Source: Candidatus Poribacteria bacterium (GTDB lineage: Bacteria > Poribacteria > WGA-4E > WGA-3G). Taken from it: DNA of 64,000 nucleotides. Below are positions 46,774 to 56,088 of the stretch, piece after piece. Position 1 is the stretch's first letter. Every line of letters begins with the position of its first letter. Below the pieces are notes generated by a model. It did no database searches, was not told where the DNA came from, and saw nothing but the letters and a program-made list of their open reading frames with translations. The DNA is taken from assembly GCA_965197475.1 (NCBI GenBank), contig CBDANF010000003.1:3968001-4032000 (forward strand). The letters are read 5' to 3'. Made by a program: the position numbers and the translations under genes.

Positions 46774-48363
46774 ATGAAAATAAGTCAATTGTTTATTGGA
46801 TATTTTACTTTTATTGTGCTGTTAGTGATACATCTTCTGCCGGTTTGGGGTTTTAAGTATTTTCCAACTCAGGATGGGGCAAGCCATATCTACAACGCGT
46901 ATGTCCTGAAGGAGTACCACAAGCACGAAAACTATAGATTGCGCGAAGTCTACGAACTGAACCCTACCCTCTTCCCTAACTGGATGTCCCACGCGCTTAT
47001 GGTCGTACTGATGTACGTCTTCCCGCCGATTGTTTGTGAAAAGATTGTGCTTACGTTCTGCATCGGTCTTTTACCGTTGTCTCTCTTCTATTTCCTGAAC
47101 GGTGTACAGAAGAAAAACATAGTTTTCGGGTTGGTTGGGTTTATCTATGCCTACAACTACCTGCTTCACATGGGATTCTACAACTTTGTTCTCAGTATGT
47201 CCCTGTTTTTCTTCACGATGGGTTATTGGTGGCGAGTCAGGGATAAATTGCGTTGGACAAACATTGCGGTCATATACATATTGCTGTTGGCGACTTACTT
47301 CACCCACTACCACTCCTATGCGTTGCTCATCATATCACTGACATTCTTTGTGCTTTTCTCATCGGTTTACGATGTCTTACGCGAGGTATGGGGCTATAAG
47401 AAAACAACACATCCACCGATGCATCGCTTTAAGGATGGGATGATAAAACTCAAACCTACACTGATTTTCATCGTTGTGCTAATCCCTGCTTACTATATCA
47501 TGCTATCCTACTACCTCTACCTTGTTAACACGCACGGGCATGGTGGGGACCATAGAGGGTTTGAATGGCTTATAAACTACTTCTTCTCTATGAAATCTCT
47601 GGTCGCGTTTCGGGACGATCATGTGCTCATCGGACGGATGTTGTTGGCACTTTTTGGGATCGCCTTTGTTCTCACAGTTATCAGCAGAGTCCGGGGCTAT
47701 CAAAAGGAATTGGACACATCCGACGAACGACTCTGGACGCGCATTGTAACCCAAACAGACGGATTTCTGGCCTTGGCAATCCTCGTCACAGCGATGTATT
47801 TCATATCGCCTTGGTCGGGCTTCAGCGGGGGTTGGATAAACGACCGTTTTCACCTATACATATTCCTGATATTGCTTCCGTTCTTCGCTATCAACCTCCA
47901 TCGGCACATCAATTACGGAATGGCGGGTGTTATCATCGTGCTATCCTTATGGCATCTCAGTTACAATGTGCACACTTACACGATGCTGAATCAGGATATC
48001 GCTAACGCGCTGTCATTGGAAGGAATGGATGAGAAACACACAATTCTCACGAGTGAACCGGGTGAATGGGGTGGTTTATCTGATTCACTCGGTTTTGAAC
48101 CGAAGTATGTTGAACCTTTTGGACACATTGAATGCTTGCTTGCTGTGAAAAAGGGGATTGCCTATCTCGACAACTATGAGGCCAATACAGATCATTTTCC
48201 GTTGCGGTATAAGCGAAAGGATTTGCCTGCTGACTTCGTTATCGTATGGCAAACAGAGTACGATGATGTCGCTGGTTTGGAGCAAGAGTACGACCTCATT
48301 GATTCCAACGACTACAATCGTCTCTATCGCCGCAAGCGCACCTTACCGGATACGCAACTGTGA
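46774..48363 (+). CDS. Polytopic membrane protein, possibly GT-C glycosyltransferase-like
   Basis: About 12 TM segments; PTQDGASHIYNA after TM1; MGFYNF; NDRF; NYEA. Confidence 0.65.
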   Translation: MKISQLFIGYFTFIVLLVIHLLPVWGFKYFPTQDGASHIYNAYVLKEYHKHENYRLREVYELNPTLFPNWMSHALMVVLMYVFPPIVCEKIVLTFCIGLLPLSLFYFLNGVQKKNIVFGLVGFIYAYNYLLHMGFYNFVLSMSLFFFTMGYWWRVRDKLRWTNIAVIYILLLATYFTHYHSYALLIISLTFFVLFSSVYDVLREVWGYKKTTHPPMHRFKDGMIKLKPTLIFIVVLIPAYYIMLSYYLYLVNTHGHGGDHRGFEWLINYFFSMKSLVAFRDDHVLIGRMLLALFGIAFVLTVISRVRGYQKELDTSDERLWTRIVTQTDGFLALAILVTAMYFISPWSGFSGGWINDRFHLYIFLILLPFFAINLHRHINYGMAGVIIVLSLWHLSYNVHTYTMLNQDIANALSLEGMDEKHTILTSEPGEWGGLSDSLGFEPKYVEPFGHIECLLAVKKGIAYLDNYEANTDHFPLRYKRKDLPADFVIVWQTEYDDVAGLEQEYDLIDSNDYNRLYRRKRTLPDTQL

Positions 48364-48881
48364 GCGGAACAGTTGGTATCGCATTTGATATGCAACCTCG
48401 CGATGCACAAACGGCACCCGGATTTATCCCTGTGTATACGGATACAGTTTTCACCGATGGAAAATACGGTTGGCTGACGCAGTCAGCAAGGGACGATTTC
48501 AAAAGTGAATTAGAGGTTCCACAGATGTACCGTGACAGTATTTTGGGAGAGGAAGATGGTGTTTTTCAGGTAGCACTTCCTAATGGAGAGTATGAGGTTA
48601 GATGCTATTTCAGAGCGAGTGAATCTGAACCTTTAGAGATAAACCTAATTGCGAATGATGAAAAGAAGATTCAGCGATTGCAGATTCCTGCTGGAAGTTA
48701 TAGGATTAACAGCCGTTATACTATCGCAATTACTGATGAACAATTAACTCAGGTGATATATACTCATGGAAAAGGAAAATACAAAAGGTGGGGTTGGTGT
48801 AGTTGTACCATACTATGTATTGATGGTGATATGCGCTTCAATCTACCTGAAAAACCCATGAACGATGATTCTAACGAATAA
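48360..48881 (+). CDS. Galactose-binding-like beta-sandwich domain protein, possibly the split C-terminus of the upstream gene
   Basis: AFDM...GFIPV...YGW...FQVALPNGEYEV; GTGA overlap and no signal peptide. Confidence 0.55.
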   Translation: MSGTVGIAFDMQPRDAQTAPGFIPVYTDTVFTDGKYGWLTQSARDDFKSELEVPQMYRDSILGEEDGVFQVALPNGEYEVRCYFRASESEPLEINLIANDEKKIQRLQIPAGSYRINSRYTIAITDEQLTQVIYTHGKGKYKRWGWCSCTILCIDGDMRFNLPEKPMNDDSNE

Positions 48882-48896
48882 GAAAAGGAGACATGA

Positions 48897-50516
48897 ATGG
48901 CAAACTTTCAAGAAATTGGTTGGAAAGCAAGTAGCAACGTAGGTGTCGTTGCGGCTGGAGGTGCAAAGGCAGTCGCAGCAGGGATTGAGATTTTAGAAGC
49001 AGGTGGAAACGCTGCTGATGCAGCTGCAGGAACGATTCTTGCGCTCAACGTCACAGACCACGGTGCGTGTTCGATCGGGGGTGAGGTGCCACTTCTTATT
49101 TTTGATGCCGAAAAGCAGGAAGTGAAATCACTCTCCGGACAGGGGCGTGCCCCGCTTTCACAAAGTGCTATCGATTGGTATATGGAGAACGGTATTCCAA
49201 ACGGCGACATCAAAATGGCACCTGTGCCATCGGTTGTTGATCTCTGCACGACCACGCTTAAACAGTACGGGACCATGACGTTTGAGGAAATCGTAGCACC
49301 CACACTGGCACTGCTTGATGCTGGAAAGGCGGAGTGGCACTCTAAATTGGCGGTTACCCTACGGCGAATGGTTGATGAGGAACACAAAACATCTGGGAGT
49401 CGTGAGCAGAAAGTGCAAGCGGCAAGCGATCGGTTTTATGGACGGAACGGTGTTCATAGGGACATTGCTGATGAATTAGAGGCATTTTACATTGAAAAGA
49501 GTGGATTTCTTCGTAAGAGGGACCTTGCTGCCCATGTTACACTAATTGAAGAGCCGGTAACGGTGGAGTATCAAGGTTATACAGTGTGCAAGTGTGGTCC
49601 GTGGACACAAGGTCCCTATCTTTGTCAAGCACTGCGTCTGTTGGAAGGTTTTGATCTCAAAGACATGGGACACTTCTCTGCAGATTACGTGCATGTGGTC
49701 ACTGAAGCACTCAAGTTGGCAATGGCAGACCGAGATGAATATTACGCGGATCCAGAATTTGTAGATGTCCCTATGTCTAAGCTACTTTCCGATGCATACA
49801 CCGAGATTCGCAGACCGCTAATTGATATGAAAAAAGCATCACACGAGGCACGACCAGGTGACGTAGAAAATATGAAACCGCTAAAATCAGATGGTGTATT
49901 CCGCCCCGGTGTCGGTGGGACAACAACTTGTGTAGTTGCTGATAGGTGGGGTAATGTCGTTTCTGCTACACCGAGTGCGAACGTCTATCACGCAGGAGGT
50001 ACAGGCACCACAGGTGTCAGTTACGGTAATCGCTTGCGGAGCCTCAATACGACTCCCGGACATCCGAACTGTATTGAGCCTGGGAAGCGTCCGAGAATTA
50101 CGCTTACGCCTACATTGGTTCTAAAGGATGGCGCGCCTATTTTAGCAATCAGTGTTGCAGGTGGTGATCTGCAAGACCAAGCAACAATGAATCTGCTGCT
50201 CAATTTTGTTGAGTTTGGTTTGAAACCTGAAGAGGCTGTGACAGCACCGCGTTTTGCCACTGCACATCGCCAAGATTCGTTTGATCCAAATCCTAATCGT
50301 GAGCAGACGTTTAAGGGTCCAGGTTCGTTGACTATCAGTGATAGTGTGAGCGAGAACGTTCAGGAAGAACTTGCAGGGCGCGGTCATCAGGTTAAAGCAC
50401 AATCCTCTCCAATCGCTGTGCCTGTTATGCTCTATGTTGATCAAGATAGTGGGATATACTATGCTGCGGGTGACCCTGCTGCTCAAAGGCATGCTGCGGG
50501 TTTAGATGAAGAGTGA
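48897..50516 (+). CDS. ggt: Gamma-glutamyltransferase family protein
   Basis: GGNAADAA, GTTTCVVADRWGNVVSATPS (nucleophilic Thr), PGKRPRITL, GGDLQDQ. Confidence 0.9.
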   Translation: MANFQEIGWKASSNVGVVAAGGAKAVAAGIEILEAGGNAADAAAGTILALNVTDHGACSIGGEVPLLIFDAEKQEVKSLSGQGRAPLSQSAIDWYMENGIPNGDIKMAPVPSVVDLCTTTLKQYGTMTFEEIVAPTLALLDAGKAEWHSKLAVTLRRMVDEEHKTSGSREQKVQAASDRFYGRNGVHRDIADELEAFYIEKSGFLRKRDLAAHVTLIEEPVTVEYQGYTVCKCGPWTQGPYLCQALRLLEGFDLKDMGHFSADYVHVVTEALKLAMADRDEYYADPEFVDVPMSKLLSDAYTEIRRPLIDMKKASHEARPGDVENMKPLKSDGVFRPGVGGTTTCVVADRWGNVVSATPSANVYHAGGTGTTGVSYGNRLRSLNTTPGHPNCIEPGKRPRITLTPTLVLKDGAPILAISVAGGDLQDQATMNLLLNFVEFGLKPEEAVTAPRFATAHRQDSFDPNPNREQTFKGPGSLTISDSVSENVQEELAGRGHQVKAQSSPIAVPVMLYVDQDSGIYYAAGDPAAQRHAAGLDEE

Positions 50517-50535
50517 AGGAATTCAGTTAGAAAGA

Positions 50536-50616
50536 TTACGGATGTTGAGGCTGAATCAATGCCGTGAGAAAATCCTCATGGGCAACATCTTCAACAAATA
50601 GATTGATATTACGCAT
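50536..50616 (-). pseudogene. 26-codon stub of a TOPRIM-like/DUF4276-type partner of the ATPase
   Basis: ATG overlaps the ATPase 3' end; MRNINLFVEDVAHEDFLTALIQPQHP*. Confidence 0.55.
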
Positions 50617-51931
50617 CAAAGTCCCCTCTCAAAATACGTTCAGAAGGGGACAAAGCATCTTCGTCGTCCAATGCTACCTCAGTATCTGATTTCCTCCATA
50701 GTGGTCCTGTATCCATCATCTTTAACGACTCAATTTTTGTGTTGCCGTTGACTTTGCGACAAACGTATAAAGATTCGTAAGGTACGAGGTCAGGCAAAAG
50801 TGATGAATGTGTTGTTACAATGAATTGGATATCTTGGAGAATCATACGAGTTTCCAAAAAGCGAGCAATGCGACGAATTCTGCGAGGGTGAATCCCATTT
50901 TCAGGTTCTTCAAATCCTATCAACGCTGGAGACTCTTCGGAACCAACGAGTGCTAAAAGTCCTAAAATTCGGAGTGTACCCTCGGATAAGACGCGGGCAG
51001 AAATGCGCTTTTCACCTTCACGAAGATCCAATTCAACTTCACCTAATTCATTGACACTAACATTAATTCCCGTTATAGATGGAATCATGGTATGGAGAGA
51101 TTTCTCAACAGATTCAAATTGACGCTTATTACGAGCTTGCAAGGTATTGAGAAAGGCTGCGAGATCCTCTCCCATTGGTCCAATATCGTGAACCGCCCTG
51201 ACCGGATTTGGGAGTCGCATCTGTTCTCTTGGCTCAAGGTAGAAAGTAAGCCAGTTCGCCAACTCTTGCTGCATTGCAGTCAAATGAGGATAGTGAGGTG
51301 GATAGTGCGACCTCGAAAGGATACTATAATCAAGATAACGTTCATAGTAAAGCGGATGCGACTGTCCCTCCATCCGCAAATGCAACCGATTCTGCCTTCG
51401 CTCTAAAAAAGCCTTCCTGTTTCGTTTTGGTTGCCCTTCGGTACTGAGTGCCGCGAGATATTCATCTGCCACACGTAAAAATCCTTGCTTTGGAAGCATT
51501 TCAATCTCAATCCGATATCGCAGATAATTCTCATTCACGGGCAGCCGCCGGTCTGAAACAGGTTTATTTACACTTTTTGTGTCCTTTATCGTTGTTTCCC
51601 TTATTTCTTGGATTCGCTTATTGATGCTTTCAATAACATCTGTAGAAAGTAGAACATCTACCTCTATACTAAACGACACTTTTTCCTTTTTCAGGAGACT
51701 CTTAATGCCCTCATCTCCAAAAGTGAACGATTCCAGCGGATGGCCTCGGTAGGGTGGGTCGAATGCTTCTTCCAAGGTCTGACAGGTCGCCATCCGAGAC
51801 AGAAGTTGCAAGGCATCAAGGAAATTGCTCTTTCCTGAGGCGTTAGGACCAACCAGCACAGAAAGAGGTTCGAGATTTAGTTCAAGATCCGCAAGTGATT
51901 TGTAACCTTGAATTTTGATTCGCTTCAGCAT
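50609..51931 (-). CDS. ABC-type AAA_21/AAA_15 ATPase (defence/TA-associated family)
   Basis: IQGYKSL, GPNASGKSN Walker A, LSEGT signature, FEEPENGIHP Walker B, TTHS. Confidence 0.9.
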   Translation of the reverse strand: MLKRIKIQGYKSLADLELNLEPLSVLVGPNASGKSNFLDALQLLSRMATCQTLEEAFDPPYRGHPLESFTFGDEGIKSLLKKEKVSFSIEVDVLLSTDVIESINKRIQEIRETTIKDTKSVNKPVSDRRLPVNENYLRYRIEIEMLPKQGFLRVADEYLAALSTEGQPKRNRKAFLERRQNRLHLRMEGQSHPLYYERYLDYSILSRSHYPPHYPHLTAMQQELANWLTFYLEPREQMRLPNPVRAVHDIGPMGEDLAAFLNTLQARNKRQFESVEKSLHTMIPSITGINVSVNELGEVELDLREGEKRISARVLSEGTLRILGLLALVGSEESPALIGFEEPENGIHPRRIRRIARFLETRMILQDIQFIVTTHSSLLPDLVPYESLYVCRKVNGNTKIESLKMMDTGPLWRKSDTEVALDDEDALSPSERILRGDFDA

Positions 51932-51947
51932 GGTAGCGTCCCTCCGT

Positions 51948-52745
51948 TCAATACCCTAAATCCCGAAGGTATTCTCGATTCACCTTTGCAGCTTCAGCAA
52001 GCGGACGCGGTGGATACGGACGGTCAAGTTCAATCGAAACCCATCCATCATAGCCGACAGATTCAAGTCCTTCAAGAACTGCTTTGACATCAAGCCCAAG
52101 GTTTCCTGCACCCAGTTCAGCAAAACGCGCTTTCTCGCCAAAACGTTGCGTTCGGTAATCCCAAGTTTCCGGGTCATCCGCGTGACAGTCTTTGAGGTGG
52201 ACATGTCCAATTCGATTACGCAAAAGTTCGCTATCAAAAACTTTCATAGGGTCGCTCCCAGCTGCAAGCATGTGTCCTGTATCAAACAGCAGCCAGAGAC
52301 TCGGTGCTACAGCCAAGAGACGTTCTGCATCCTCAACCGTCTCAATCAATGTGCCGAGATGTGCATGATGGAAGCCTTTGATATGGTGTGCATAGCAAAA
52401 CGCGAGGATGTCATCTAATGTACGGGCGGCGTTCTCAAAATCCGCATCACTTGGATTCGCACCACCCCACGAGCTCCGACCTAACACTGGAACTTCGGCA
52501 GCATTATTACCAAGCGTGATATTAAATCTTATCCTGTCAAGTCCTGCACCGCCCGCGTTGACGATGTGCAGTCCTAAACTACGTGCAAGTGTTGCCATTT
52601 CAACAAGTCTGTCTGTTCCCTCAATAGGAACACTTTCAACCCCTTCCCAACCGGCATCTGCGACTTCTCGCAACACTTTTTCTGGATTTTCTTGCTGTTC
52701 ACCACCAAACTGTATGAGATGACATGCGAATCTCAATTTGCTCAT
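51948..52745 (-). CDS. Sugar phosphate isomerase/epimerase (IolE-like TIM barrel)
   Basis: HHAHLGT, FDTGH, HVHLKD, ELGAG, SIELD. Confidence 0.88.
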   Translation of the reverse strand: MSKLRFACHLIQFGGEQQENPEKVLREVADAGWEGVESVPIEGTDRLVEMATLARSLGLHIVNAGGAGLDRIRFNITLGNNAAEVPVLGRSSWGGANPSDADFENAARTLDDILAFCYAHHIKGFHHAHLGTLIETVEDAERLLAVAPSLWLLFDTGHMLAAGSDPMKVFDSELLRNRIGHVHLKDCHADDPETWDYRTQRFGEKARFAELGAGNLGLDVKAVLEGLESVGYDGWVSIELDRPYPPRPLAEAAKVNREYLRDLGY

Positions 52746-52757
52746 CAATATGCCTCC

Positions 52758-52887
52758 TTATACTATCCTACCGAAAACGTAATTTTTCCCGACAACTTCC
52801 GCATACTTTCTCAATGTCGAAAGCGTAACATTTTCAGCTCGGTATCTCTCGCCTTACGTTTTCAATATACTGTTTTAAATCGCTCAT
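52758..52887 (-). pseudogene. Internally deleted XRE-type HTH antitoxin remnant
   Basis: MSDLKQYIE/KRKARDTE joined across frameshifts to AENVTLSTLRKYAEVVGK; central HTH missing. Confidence 0.45.
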
Positions 52888-52969
52888 TGTGTTTTCCATC
52901 TACCGATGAGATCTATCTTTTTGTTACTTTGAGCTTCGCTCTGGCGCGAGAAATATTAAAATTGGACGC

Positions 52970-53698
52970 TTATCTCTCAGCCTTTTTTAGCATACCCCAA
53001 GTCGTCGCAGATTTGCCCAATGGTGATACACTTAAGACCTGATTCATATCCTGCTGAATCTCAGCTTCTGTCAGGGCACGGTTGTAGATGACAAATTCAT
53101 CAAGCATTCCCTTATAAGGCCATGCACCATCCAAGCGATTGCCAAACCAATGGTCTGCGTTAGAAGTAGGAATTTCACCCTCCAGTTTATGGGTCTGATC
53201 AAGCTTGCCGTTAATATAAAACCGAAGTTCCTTATTGAACTCGTAAACAGCAGCGACATGTGACCATTTATTGAGCGGAATACTGCTTTTTGCGCTGTTC
53301 CATGTTTTCCCACCAGCACCGCCGCTGCCAATCCATACTGAAGGTTTACCTTGATGGATACTCAGATAATACGTATGAGGATTCTCCTGCCCGCGCACAT
53401 TGCGAAAATCACCGACACTCTCTGGGTATACCCATACTTCCATAGTCAAACTCTTGGTAATCGCCAGGCTATTAGACGCTTTGACCGCGACAACCCCTTG
53501 CTGAACCTGTTCATTAAAAAACACCGCTGATTGGATCTTTCCATTTTGCATCCATTGGACATCACCTTCAAGCGTGCCATCATTTCCATTGCCACTCAGG
53601 TCTTCTACATCTTTTCCCTTTCCCTCATCAAACGAAAGATAAAGGACCATTGCGTCGTCCTTAATAGCATCGCTCACAAGGTGAAATGAAAAAATAAA
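52970..53698 (-). CDS. LamG-like jellyroll protein whose native 5' end is displaced by IS1595
   Basis: LYLSFDEGKG, WSHVAAVY, YINGKL, GMLDEFVIYNRAL; C-terminal VSPLGKSATTWGMLKK; frame stays open into the IS up to GTG 53761. Confidence 0.8.
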   Translation of the reverse strand, partial: FIFSFHLVSDAIKDDAMVLYLSFDEGKGKDVEDLSGNGNDGTLEGDVQWMQNGKIQSAVFFNEQVQQGVVAVKASNSLAITKSLTMEVWVYPESVGDFRNVRGQENPHTYYLSIHQGKPSVWIGSGGAGGKTWNSAKSSIPLNKWSHVAAVYEFNKELRFYINGKLDQTHKLEGEIPTSNADHWFGNRLDGAWPYKGMLDEFVIYNRALTEAEIQQDMNQVLSVSPLGKSATTWGMLKKAER

Positions 53699-53917
53699 CG
53701 CAATGAGTAGTTTTGGACTTGAGAAAAATTTTAAAAAATCGCTATAAAGCCTTGTGTCCACTGGGTTTATATGGTATAATATAGATAAGAAAATAGGGGG
53801 TTGGTAGCCCCCTAAATGAACACAAAAAGCGAGTTGCTTTTTGACGGTTCTAATCTTATCTGGTATTATATCAGAAATCCGTCAGAAAAAGCAACTCCTA
53901 TTTCAAGGAGTTATCTG

Positions 53918-54799
53918 ATGGATTTGTTGAAGGTGATGGAGCGTTTTCCCGATCAAGAGAGTTGTATTTCGCATTTAGAGAAGATTCGGTGGCGAGGTAA
54001 ACCTGTGTGTCCGCATTGTGAAAGCGATCATATAGGAGAACGGACAGAAACAGAAATCGGTCGTATCGGTCGTTGGAACTGCCACGAGTGCCAAGTGAGT
54101 TTCAAGGTGACGTGCAGGTCGGTGTTTCACGGGACAAAGATAGCGTTACAGAAGTGGTTTTTGGCTATTTCGTTGATAACGAATGCGAAGAAAAGTTTGT
54201 CAAGTCATCAACTTGCGCGCGATTTAGACTTGAATCAAAAGACAGCATGGTATATCATGACTCGTATCCGTGCTGAAATGGCAAAGAAAGGTAACGTGCT
54301 ACTACAAGGCATCATAGAGGCAGATGAAACTTACATCGGGGGTAAACCTCGTAAGCCTAATAAGAAGGAAGACCACGTGCCTGCCAAGCGTGGACGTGGA
54401 ACAGAGAAAGACGCTATTATCGGGGCAGTACAGCGGGGCGGGAAAGTTGTAGCACAACTCGCTAAAGATTTGACAGGACGGACTATTTTAGACTTTATCC
54501 GAAGAGTCGTCAAAGTTGAGGATTCGGAGTTGATGACCGATGAGTATAAGGCGTATCTCGCTATCGGCAAGGAGATGAAACACCATATCATAGATCATCA
54601 AACGCAATTTGTTGAGGGTGATGTCCACACAAACACAATTGAGGGGTTTTGGAGTCTACTCAAACGAGCTTGGTATGGAAGTCATCACCACTACTGGACT
54701 AAATATACGCCCCTGTATGTAGCAGAGGCGTGCTATAAATACAACTATAGGAGCATTGACAGTATCTTTGATAAGTTTGTTAATGAAAGTATGCGATGA
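53918..54799 (+). CDS. IS1595 family (ISXO2-like) DDE transposase
   Basis: CPHC/CHEC Zn ribbon; EADETYIGG, MTDEY, HTNTIEGFWSLLKR. Confidence 0.95.
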   Translation: MDLLKVMERFPDQESCISHLEKIRWRGKPVCPHCESDHIGERTETEIGRIGRWNCHECQVSFKVTCRSVFHGTKIALQKWFLAISLITNAKKSLSSHQLARDLDLNQKTAWYIMTRIRAEMAKKGNVLLQGIIEADETYIGGKPRKPNKKEDHVPAKRGRGTEKDAIIGAVQRGGKVVAQLAKDLTGRTILDFIRRVVKVEDSELMTDEYKAYLAIGKEMKHHIIDHQTQFVEGDVHTNTIEGFWSLLKRAWYGSHHHYWTKYTPLYVAEACYKYNYRSIDSIFDKFVNESMR

Positions 54800-54808
54800 T
54801 GGACACAA

Positions 54809-55081
54809 CTAAAGGTATGCCTTATCAATCTTGTTCTTTTTGTCATCAGGATTTGAGGGAAAATGCTGTGGAAGTTCAAAAGTTGGCTTTCCATCTTTCA
54901 GAGCATCGATCATGTCAAGAGCAAATTCCAACCTCTCATTGTCCGTGTCAAAAGGTTTCTGAATCACTACGCGAAAATTTGTATCAAGTTTTACAAGGGC
55001 GAGTTCTACAAAACTCTCTGTATGTAAGGCTAAAAGTGAAAAATCAACAGGATCGGAAGGCGGCTTGAATATTACCCACAT
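54809..55081 (-). CDS. IS passenger, hypothetical protein
   Basis: RBS AAGGAG before ATG; 90 aa; inside the TIRs. Confidence 0.6.
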   Translation of the reverse strand: MWVIFKPPSDPVDFSLLALHTESFVELALVKLDTNFRVVIQKPFDTDNERLEFALDMIDALKDGKPTFELPQHFPSNPDDKKNKIDKAYL

Positions 55082-55137
55082 GGGTTTAGTCTCCTTTGGG
55101 GTTAGAGGGGACAGAGTCCCCTCGTTGGTTGGAATTG

Positions 55138-55527
55138 CTAATACCCGTATGGAGAATCAGCAGCTGAAATTAAAATTATCCAAAGTCCCACCATAGTGCC
55201 AGTTCCAATAACACATCCTATTGTAGCATGTGTTATTTGGTCGTTTTTCACAAGTTTTTGATAAATGCTTGTGTAATAAGCAACATATTCTGGTGATTTT
55301 CCAAGCAATTTTTCTGGTAGTACCGTTGGTGTGACAACATACGCAATTAACATACCGGTAACACCAAGTAGACAACCAACAGTTCCCCATATTTGAGTGT
55401 TTGCAAGTGTTGCATCACGTCGTGCATCAAATATTGCTTGCGCAGCATCACTTGTTTGTTGTGCAAGTGTGAGATATGGCGTAGTGAATAACATCACAAC
55501 CATTATAAACGACAAAGTTTTCATCAA
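55138..55527 (-). CDS. IS passenger, exported/membrane hypothetical protein
   Basis: RBS AAGGA; signal peptide plus two Gly/Cys-rich hydrophobic segments (GCLLG, GCVIG). Confidence 0.7.
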   Translation of the reverse strand: MMKTLSFIMVVMLFTTPYLTLAQQTSDAAQAIFDARRDATLANTQIWGTVGCLLGVTGMLIAYVVTPTVLPEKLLGKSPEYVAYYTSIYQKLVKNDQITHATIGCVIGTGTMVGLWIILISAADSPYGY

Positions 55528-55594
55528 TGTTCCTTTTGTGAGGTAAAATGTGTATGTAGGGGATCAAAAGACCCCCTACATGTTTGCAAGCGGA

Positions 55595-55726
55595 TTATTT
55601 ACACCGCTTGTGAGGTTTGACAGTTTCTTTCACCGTTGTGGCGGGACGGCGTTTGTCCGTGCCTTTGGGAAGGAACCGTCCATCTTTGGCATCGCGTACA
55701 CGCGTGCCAGTGGCTTTTTTAGCCAT
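55595..55726 (-). CDS. IS passenger, 43-aa basic protein (RDAKxGRF...RRPATTV.E)
   Basis: RBS GAGGT; followed by hairpin TGTAGGGG/CCCCTACA. Confidence 0.6.
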   Translation of the reverse strand: MAKKATGTRVRDAKDGRFLPKGTDKRRPATTVKETVKPHKRCK

Positions 55727-55918
55727 AGTATACCTCACTTTGCTTGAGATAAATTGGTGCATAGCGTATTTCCAGTGCGTTATGCACTGTTCAAGCATAT
55801 AAAATTGATACGTTAAACGGGTATCGTTCGTAGGTTCGTTTACACCTTTCTATGGGTGAGGGCAGGACACAACACAAGGAGTGTTGCGATAGAAATCCTG
55901 CCCAACGAACTTGAGAAT

Positions 55919-55948
55919 AGTATAACATGGAAAGAATTTGAGTGTCAA
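55919..55948 (-). promoter_or_regulatory. Inward-facing sigma70-like promoter at the IS right end
   Basis: TTGACA-18-TATACT with extended TG on minus strand. Confidence 0.6.
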
Positions 55949-56088
55949 GTGAAAAATTTGAGAAAAAATTTCAAGTCCAAAACTACTCATTGCGTATTTT
56001 TATAATTCACCATAGTAGGTGGTATAGCACATTAAATTATACAATTTCTATAACCTGAATTTCCAAAAAATGTTGTAGTTGTCCTGAA

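Larger units (their letters stand above)
53699..55994 (+). mobile_element. IS1595-family element with passenger genes (transporter IS), 2296 bp
   Basis: Perfect 24-bp TIR CGCAATGAGTAGTTTTGGACTTGA at 53699-53722 and 55971-55994; encloses a transposase and three antisense ORFs. Confidence 0.9.
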
